From an uncultured bacterium (lineage in GTDB: Bacteria; Fidelibacterota; Marinisomatia; Marinisomatales; TCS56): a DNA stretch of 64,000 bases. The stretch covers positions 33,302 through 97,301 of the forward strand of contig CAYTPW010000012.1 in NCBI GenBank assembly GCA_964439935.1, in the 5' to 3' direction. Both the position numbers and the translations under genes were made by a program. Below are positions 58,407 through 64,000 of this stretch, piece after piece. Under the pieces are notes generated by a model, which searched no databases, was not told the origin of the DNA, and saw nothing but the letters and a program-made list of their open reading frames with translations. Each line of letters starts with the position of its first letter. The stretch's first letter is position 1.

Positions 58407-59420
58407 CTAATCTTTGATATCGAGCTGCATGCTATTGGTGTCCGCAACAGTGGCTGTTAGTCGGCTTTCAATCTCATTAAGATCAGCAACTTGTACGCTG
58501 GCCAGAAAACTGTCACTAGATGCTCTGGTACCACCATAAACATATATTTTATTATTGACTATTTCAGCAGCTGCATGTCGTCGTCCATACATGTTTGATT
58601 TGACTAGATTAAATTCTCTCGTTTTGGTATTAAATACTGCTAATGAGCTCAAATTGTTGTAACTGCCAACCAACCAAATAAAATCACCATGTTTGGTTAT
58701 TGCGTTAGCTGAGATACCTACAGGCATATCTCCAAGATAATACCAATTTTTGTTAGTTATGTTGTAGGCATGAATTTTTGAAGAAACCTTACCATTATAT
58801 CCTCCAAATAGATAAAGAACGCCATCTACAATTTCACCACGTACATGTTGGTGTTCTGGTATTACCCCCGTCAATGTCCAATCACCAGTAACAGGATCAA
58901 ATATATACATTTGATTATAGTAATTTCTACCAACCTCTCCACCAAATACGTATATTTTTTCATTCCAGACAGCAGTTCCGGAATAGCAGACGGGTGAAGG
59001 ATTATCTTTTAAATAAGTAATTTCTCCTGTTTTGGTATCAACAACTTCAACTGTTTCATTTAAACCAGAATTTGGTCCGTATCCGTTGAATACATATATT
59101 TTCCCATTAATATATTCTGCTGAAACGTATCGTTTTGGTATCAATTCACTTGTTAAGATCGACCATTCATCTGTTTTTGTATCATATCTTATAATATCGG
59201 TTGTATAAAAGGGGAAACGAGAACTACCGTTAATTGCGTATAGATCCTCCCCATCGGTTGTATATCCCATTCCATATCGACCGCCTTTCATTTTTTTTAA
59301 TTCATTGGTTTTGCTAAAATATAAACTAAGTGATGGCGTCTTATCTGGTGATACATTTTGAATTAGTGTACAGGAGGATCCAGTTAATAAAATAACAAGT
59401 AAGCTTTTTATTTTATTCAT
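58407..59420 (-). CDS. Kelch-repeat beta-propeller lipoprotein
   Basis: ATG 59420 gives MNKIKSLLVILLTGSSC (lipobox-like). Repeated GKIYVFNG / EKIYVFGG / GVLYLFGG / NKIYVYGG Kelch signatures. Confidence 0.78.
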   Translation of the reverse strand: MNKIKSLLVILLTGSSCTLIQNVSPDKTPSLSLYFSKTNELKKMKGGRYGMGYTTDGEDLYAINGSSRFPFYTTDIIRYDTKTDEWSILTSELIPKRYVSAEYINGKIYVFNGYGPNSGLNETVEVVDTKTGEITYLKDNPSPVCYSGTAVWNEKIYVFGGEVGRNYYNQMYIFDPVTGDWTLTGVIPEHQHVRGEIVDGVLYLFGGYNGKVSSKIHAYNITNKNWYYLGDMPVGISANAITKHGDFIWLVGSYNNLSSLAVFNTKTREFNLVKSNMYGRRHAAAEIVNNKIYVYGGTRASSDSFLASVQVADLNEIESRLTATVADTNSMQLDIKD

Positions 59421-59513
59421 TTTATCTATTAAGCCAACCAACGGATTGGCGTTTGAGTAGTGTGGGCGGCTGAGTGTTTGATATTTTGATTACTTTTTTT
59501 TACCCCATGGAAT

Positions 59514-62500
59514 TTATTTTTCAGCCGGCCAGACCTGCTTCCCGCTGAGATAAACCGCCACAACCCGGAGTGACCCTTCCGGATCATTATCAAACAATAC
59601 CAGATCGGCAATTCGTCCCGAACGGATTTTACCTCTCTCAGTTAGTCCCCATAGATCGGCACGATCACCAGTCAATTTTTTAACTGCTGCTTCATCAAGA
59701 ACAGCCAGACGGTCAATTGTGGGCATTCCATTGGTGGATACCAGGGGCAGATTCGAATATTGTTTAAACTCAGTGCTGTCCAGAGCATTGTTTTCCATCA
59801 GCACTCCAATGCTGCCTTCCAATTGCTTCAACAGGCTCAAAACGGCATTGGCCGTGGTCAATTTTCGCTTCACTTCAATTGCTGTTTCCCGATTTCCTAT
59901 AAAGCCAGATTCAATCAGAGCCTGCTCCAATTTAGTGCGACTATTCCCAGCCGCCGGTAGGGCATAAATCAGCGTGGTAAATCCCTGGCCCAGCAACTCA
60001 TCGGATCGATCAACCAGCTCCGGCAAAGACAGCGCGTCAGTTTCTACTATTCCGATCAATCCCGGCGTGAGAAAAAGGTTCTCACCAATTATCGTATCCT
60101 TGGCGGCAAATACATTCAGGTCGCCAAGGTCGGCGATCCGCCCGACTCCATTTTCAAAATTAATCCCCAGATCAGCCTTAAAGACCGGTGCCCCAGTCCC
60201 ATTGACCACGGACACATCACGGATCAGCAGATCATACAGATCGCGGCCATTGACGGGTAATTGATCGTAACGTTCCGGGTCTGCCGTGGTATAATCACCG
60301 GTCGCAATGGCCTGCAGGGCAACCAGAAAAGCAATAAAATTTGTTTTCTGTAGAAAAGCGTCAGCTTCACCGAACCAGCCCGCTGATTCAATCAGGACCG
60401 TGCTCACACCCCAATTCTGCATCGAATCACCGAACGCCCGGGGCATATAATCAGCATCATACTTGGCAATGTGGCCCTCCAAATAGGGATTCAAGGCATC
60501 CATAATTACCACCGCTAACTTTTTGGCACGCGTTCGTACCAGATTATCGTCATTTTTTGCATTAAACGGTGGCGCCATCAGGGCTAAAGCCACCAATTGA
60601 TCGCTTTCCCCGACTGTTTCCCGTGTACTCATATCATGGAGATTGAATCCGAAGTCTGGTGAATAATCTTCTTTAAGGCTGAATAAAACCTGCCCCTCCG
60701 GTGATTGCAGATCCCGGGCATCGCGATTTACATCAATCCCGATAGTATTGCGGCGGGTAAAGCGCTCGGCGCCATCGGGATTCAACATTGGGATGGCCAG
60801 AATGGTTAAATTTTCCAGAATTGATTTTGCCGGATCCTGATCGGCTGTGGAACATAGATAATTGAACATATCAAACAGCGCCGCTGTGGCCGTTGGTTCA
60901 TCCCCATGCATTTGGCTCCACAAAAGCACCTTTATTTCACCGCTGCCAATTTTGACCAAATTAATCGGCCGTTTTTCCACCGATTCACCGACCTGCTGAA
61001 AATGAAACTGCTCCGGGTATTGCATTCGCAACAGGTGCAACAGCGAGTCCACGGCAGCATATTTAAGTTTCCGTAGTGGTTTTTGATACAACCTATAGTT
61101 ATCATAAAGCTGGTCCAGTCGTCGACTTTCACCAGCGATGGCAAAGGCTGGATGTTCCACAGAATACCGTTCTAAGATATCCTCAGCTGACAGGCTATCA
61201 ATTATATTGTGAGGTGGAATTGGAACGACAGTATATCCGCTCTCATTTCCCACCCGGTCGATCGCCGAAAGCCTGACTTCATTCAGTTGATTGATCATTT
61301 CCGGAATCGGCAATGAACCTGACTCACTCAATTCACCGGGATCGATGGCTCTTAAAGTGTACAGGGGCAGATTATTGGTTGTTCCGGGCTGGTTCAGGAT
61401 CGAATAATCCCAATGGTTGCCGTACTGGTAGGCCAGCACCCATCTGAATACATCCTCCGGCGCCGGATGTGACCAGTTGATGACCAGTTGATCCTGTTGT
61501 ATATCAGCTTTAACTAGTGGTGAGGCCGGCGGGATTTTATCCAGCCAGGGTGATGGTGGAACCAGGGCAGGCCGCTTATACGGTCCTTTGATCAAGGCCG
61601 AAGCCAGGCTCTGATTGGTGATCAGCGGGCCGAAACTCCAGTGTACATTTCCCGGGCTGTCCGGCAGCATCCCACGGGTGATCATGATCTGATTGACAGA
61701 TTCATCGGCACCGGTGTCGCCGCGACGTCCAATACTAATCCCGGGCCAGAGATGGCGTTTATGCTGGTTTTCATCATCCCACCAACCCAGCAGAACCGGA
61801 TAACTCTGAGGCACCTGGTTGACCGGCCAGTATAATTGCGGTGTCCAGTAATCGATCCAGCCTTTTCGTAACCACAGGCGGGCATCGGCATATAGTTGAG
61901 CATATTGATCGAAACCACGAATCGATGTGGGATAATTGGGCCGCCAGATGCCAAAGGGACTCAGGCCGAATTTCACATGCGGTTTGGTCTTTTTAAGCTC
62001 TGTATACAGGCGCTGGATAAACCGGTTCACACCGTCGCGGCGCCAGTCATCCCGGGAAAGTTTTCCACCACCGCTCTGGTATTCTGCCCAATTGGTGCTA
62101 TCAGGGAAATCCGCATTCCCGTTATAGGATGGATATGGATAAAAATAATCATCGAAATGAATTCCATCCACATTATAACGCAGGACGATATCCATTACCA
62201 CGGCCAGAGAATGCTCCTGAGTGCCGGCTTGGCTTGGATCCAACCACCAGTAGCCCGTGGACAATTGAAGGCATAATTCCGGTTTTTGCTTAATGATCGA
62301 TTGCTCACTGACCGGACCACCACGGATGTGGTGCGCCCGGTATGGATTCAACCAGGCATGCAATTCCAATCCCCGTTTATGAGCCTCTTCAATCCAGAAT
62401 TCCAGTGGATCATAATAAGGTTCCGGCGCCTGCCCCTGAACGCCACTTAAATAATATGACCAGGGCTCCAGATCGCTGGCGTAGAGCGCATCACATTGGG

Positions 62501-62774
62501 GTCGCACCTGAAATACAACCGCATTGAAATTCAATTCCTGCAAGCGATCTAGAATCACAATGACTTCCGCCTTTTGCTGCTCGGTGGGCAAACCCGGTTC
62601 GCTGGGCCAGTTGATATTGGCAACGGTGGCTACCCAGGCCGCCCGGAACTCCCGCTGAACCTGCGGTCCAGCAACTGGCTCGTATTCGTATTTTGCAGGC
62701 TGGAAAGTGGCGCAATTGAAGAAAAGGACTGGTGCGCTGCACAATACCACCAACTTCTGTACCGACTTGAACAT
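59514..62774 (-). CDS. tripartite lipoprotein: GHL10 glycosidase-like domain + FN3-like region + M14 zinc carboxypeptidase + degenerate amidohydrolase-like C-terminus
   Basis: 1086 aa. Lipobox FFNC. GHL10 blocks EFRAAWVATVANINWP, NAVVFQVRP, GLELHAWLNPYR, VDGIHFDDYFYPYP. M14 blocks WSQMHGDEPTAT (HGDE at 60897..60908), PMLNPDG, IDVNRD, LIESAG. The tail starts DLLIRDVSVVNGTGAP...GRIADLG and ends GRIADLVLFD like D-aminoacylase-type amidohydrolases. The PGFID-H-x-H metal site reads PGLIGIVETD. Confidence 0.7.
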   Translation of the reverse strand: MFKSVQKLVVLCSAPVLFFNCATFQPAKYEYEPVAGPQVQREFRAAWVATVANINWPSEPGLPTEQQKAEVIVILDRLQELNFNAVVFQVRPQCDALYASDLEPWSYYLSGVQGQAPEPYYDPLEFWIEEAHKRGLELHAWLNPYRAHHIRGGPVSEQSIIKQKPELCLQLSTGYWWLDPSQAGTQEHSLAVVMDIVLRYNVDGIHFDDYFYPYPSYNGNADFPDSTNWAEYQSGGGKLSRDDWRRDGVNRFIQRLYTELKKTKPHVKFGLSPFGIWRPNYPTSIRGFDQYAQLYADARLWLRKGWIDYWTPQLYWPVNQVPQSYPVLLGWWDDENQHKRHLWPGISIGRRGDTGADESVNQIMITRGMLPDSPGNVHWSFGPLITNQSLASALIKGPYKRPALVPPSPWLDKIPPASPLVKADIQQDQLVINWSHPAPEDVFRWVLAYQYGNHWDYSILNQPGTTNNLPLYTLRAIDPGELSESGSLPIPEMINQLNEVRLSAIDRVGNESGYTVVPIPPHNIIDSLSAEDILERYSVEHPAFAIAGESRRLDQLYDNYRLYQKPLRKLKYAAVDSLLHLLRMQYPEQFHFQQVGESVEKRPINLVKIGSGEIKVLLWSQMHGDEPTATAALFDMFNYLCSTADQDPAKSILENLTILAIPMLNPDGAERFTRRNTIGIDVNRDARDLQSPEGQVLFSLKEDYSPDFGFNLHDMSTRETVGESDQLVALALMAPPFNAKNDDNLVRTRAKKLAVVIMDALNPYLEGHIAKYDADYMPRAFGDSMQNWGVSTVLIESAGWFGEADAFLQKTNFIAFLVALQAIATGDYTTADPERYDQLPVNGRDLYDLLIRDVSVVNGTGAPVFKADLGINFENGVGRIADLGDLNVFAAKDTIIGENLFLTPGLIGIVETDALSLPELVDRSDELLGQGFTTLIYALPAAGNSRTKLEQALIESGFIGNRETAIEVKRKLTTANAVLSLLKQLEGSIGVLMENNALDSTEFKQYSNLPLVSTNGMPTIDRLAVLDEAAVKKLTGDRADLWGLTERGKIRSGRIADLVLFDNDPEGSLRVVAVYLSGKQVWPAEK

Positions 62775-62837
62775 GTTATTCCCTGATTTGAATTATATAC
62801 TACCCAATATTAAACCTGTACATAATTATACTTAAGA

Positions 62838-62870
62838 AAAATTATTTTCTAGCAGCTGGAAAATAATTTT
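62838..62870. promoter_or_regulatory. perfect 12-bp inverted repeat in a divergent promoter region
   Basis: aaaattattttc-tagcagctg-gaaaataatttt between the start of the tripartite gene (62774, -) and the metallophosphoesterase gene (63050, +). The loop contains the palindrome cagctg. Confidence 0.3.
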
Positions 62871-63049
62871 GGTACCGGGTCAGTCTGGAAGGACTGCCGA
62901 TTACTGAACCTGAGAGCAAGAATCGGTTATTGCATGAAAAATACAATCTTGGATCGGCTTTTTAATTCCTTATTCAATATTATAATAGCGGGAATAAATT
63001 CATATTTGGAAATTCATTCAGTTAACAGTCAACACCAATGGTTTAATCG

Positions 63050-64000
63050 ATGAAATCAAAAGTCCTGCATTATTTTTTCTGCCTACTAATGTCAATCACC
63101 CTGGTATCCGCACAAAACGCACCACCAATTCCAGATTCTTATGCCCGGCTGGAATACGGAACAAACGATTCTTTGGTTTATATCTCCATTGATGGCACCA
63201 GAATCACAGCCTCACCCCGCACAGATGGCTATAAACTAAATAACCTACGGTTTCTCCCAGTTGCCGATGATTCCTCTGTTGCATTCAATTTCCAATCACC
63301 TGAATTGAGTGGCTGGCTGTATTACGGATTGATCCTGACCGATGGAATTAAATATCATTATCCTATCTTTTTTCACCGACGGTCACCAATTGTTGCCGGG
63401 AAGGCATCAATTATTATCAAAAAGAACCTGGGGGGCTTGTTTGATATATCCGGGTGGGAAAAATCTGGTATCATCAGGTTTGGTTATCGTATTACCAATG
63501 ACGTCGGCGATATTCTTTATGATGGAAAGATAATAATAACTGGCACCGGTCCTTTCGTTGTTGCACCATCCATTGTTGAAGGACCGTTTATCAATCTGCT
63601 GACACCGCAGGGAGCCACTATTTCTTTTGAAACAAGTGTACCGCTAAAGGCTGAAATCAAGGTTGGCCGTTACAAATTCTATGATGAGGGTACCACAATT
63701 CATCATGAAATTGAGGTTACCGGCCTTAAAAGCGACCATGATTATGATTACACTGTAAAATATGGTGAATTGAGCGACACCTATTCATTCCGCACGGCAC
63801 CGCAACCGGGAGCCCGTAAACCATTTACGTTTGGTTATGCCAGCGATGGTCGCGGCAACACCGGCGGTGGTGAACGAGATATCAAGGGTACCAACGCTTA
63901 TATAATGAAACGCATTGCGGTGGCGACGGCAAATAAAGGAGCTAGATTTTTCCAGTTTACCGGCGATTTCATCGAGGGCAATAAGACCGATCCTGAATCA
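63050..64000 (+). CDS. secreted metallophosphoesterase-like protein (purple-acid-phosphatase-like), C-terminus beyond the window
   Basis: Not in the track because it is open to the window edge. My translation is 317 codons with no stop. MKSKVLHYFFCLLMSITLVSAQ (signal), an FN3-like segment (...HHEIEVTGLKSDHDYDYTVKYG...SFRTAP), then FTFGYASDGRG and FQFTGDFIEG, resembling calcineurin-like motifs I and II. Confidence 0.5.
   Translation, partial: MKSKVLHYFFCLLMSITLVSAQNAPPIPDSYARLEYGTNDSLVYISIDGTRITASPRTDGYKLNNLRFLPVADDSSVAFNFQSPELSGWLYYGLILTDGIKYHYPIFFHRRSPIVAGKASIIIKKNLGGLFDISGWEKSGIIRFGYRITNDVGDILYDGKIIITGTGPFVVAPSIVEGPFINLLTPQGATISFETSVPLKAEIKVGRYKFYDEGTTIHHEIEVTGLKSDHDYDYTVKYGELSDTYSFRTAPQPGARKPFTFGYASDGRGNTGGGERDIKGTNAYIMKRIAVATANKGARFFQFTGDFIEGNKTDPES

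Overview
64-kb window with about 50 protein genes. I saw no rRNA, tRNA or CRISPR array. The DNA is AT-leaning. It looks like an uncultivated member of the FCB (Bacteroidota-related) superphylum, for two reasons. Several secreted proteins carry T9SS-type C-terminal sorting domains (PNPFN motif, tails ending K-x-[VL]-LLK). Citrate synthase and aconitase are clearly the mitochondrial type, arranged as in Bacteroides. Housekeeping genes: gpmI, carA/carB, pncA, ltaE, add, and an IHF/HU gene. The TCA operon is citrate synthase, then aconitase, then icd. Envelope and transport genes: fetAB-like exporter, EamA transporter, and a GntR-linked ABC module. One efflux operon has a HlyD adaptor, one ABC ATPase broken by an in-frame TAA, and three tandem ~800-aa FtsX/MacB-type permeases. 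Large surface proteins: an LRR solenoid, a 1558-aa C25 (gingipain-like) protein, and two GHL10 glycosidase-like proteins. Five things stand out. (1) A ~6-kb visibly GC-rich SOS-mutagenesis island (lexA, imuB, dnaE2, no imuA) is bracketed by two ~290-300-bp direct copies of a multi-hairpin repeat. Two selfish-looking genes are nested inside it: a four-helix-bundle 23S-IVS-type protein flanked by inverted heptanucleotide arrays, and a DUF559 endonuclease. An SRAP (YedK-like) gene sits just outside. (2) The citrate synthase carries a complete C-terminal hemerythrin domain. (3) A 1086-aa lipoprotein fuses GHL10, an M14 carboxypeptidase and a degenerate amidohydrolase-like domain. (4) The single ATPase of the efflux operon has an in-frame stop. 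(5) A geranylgeranyl-reductase-like gene is paired with a DUF422-like membrane protein. All functional calls rest on motif and family recognition by eye. No searches were run.
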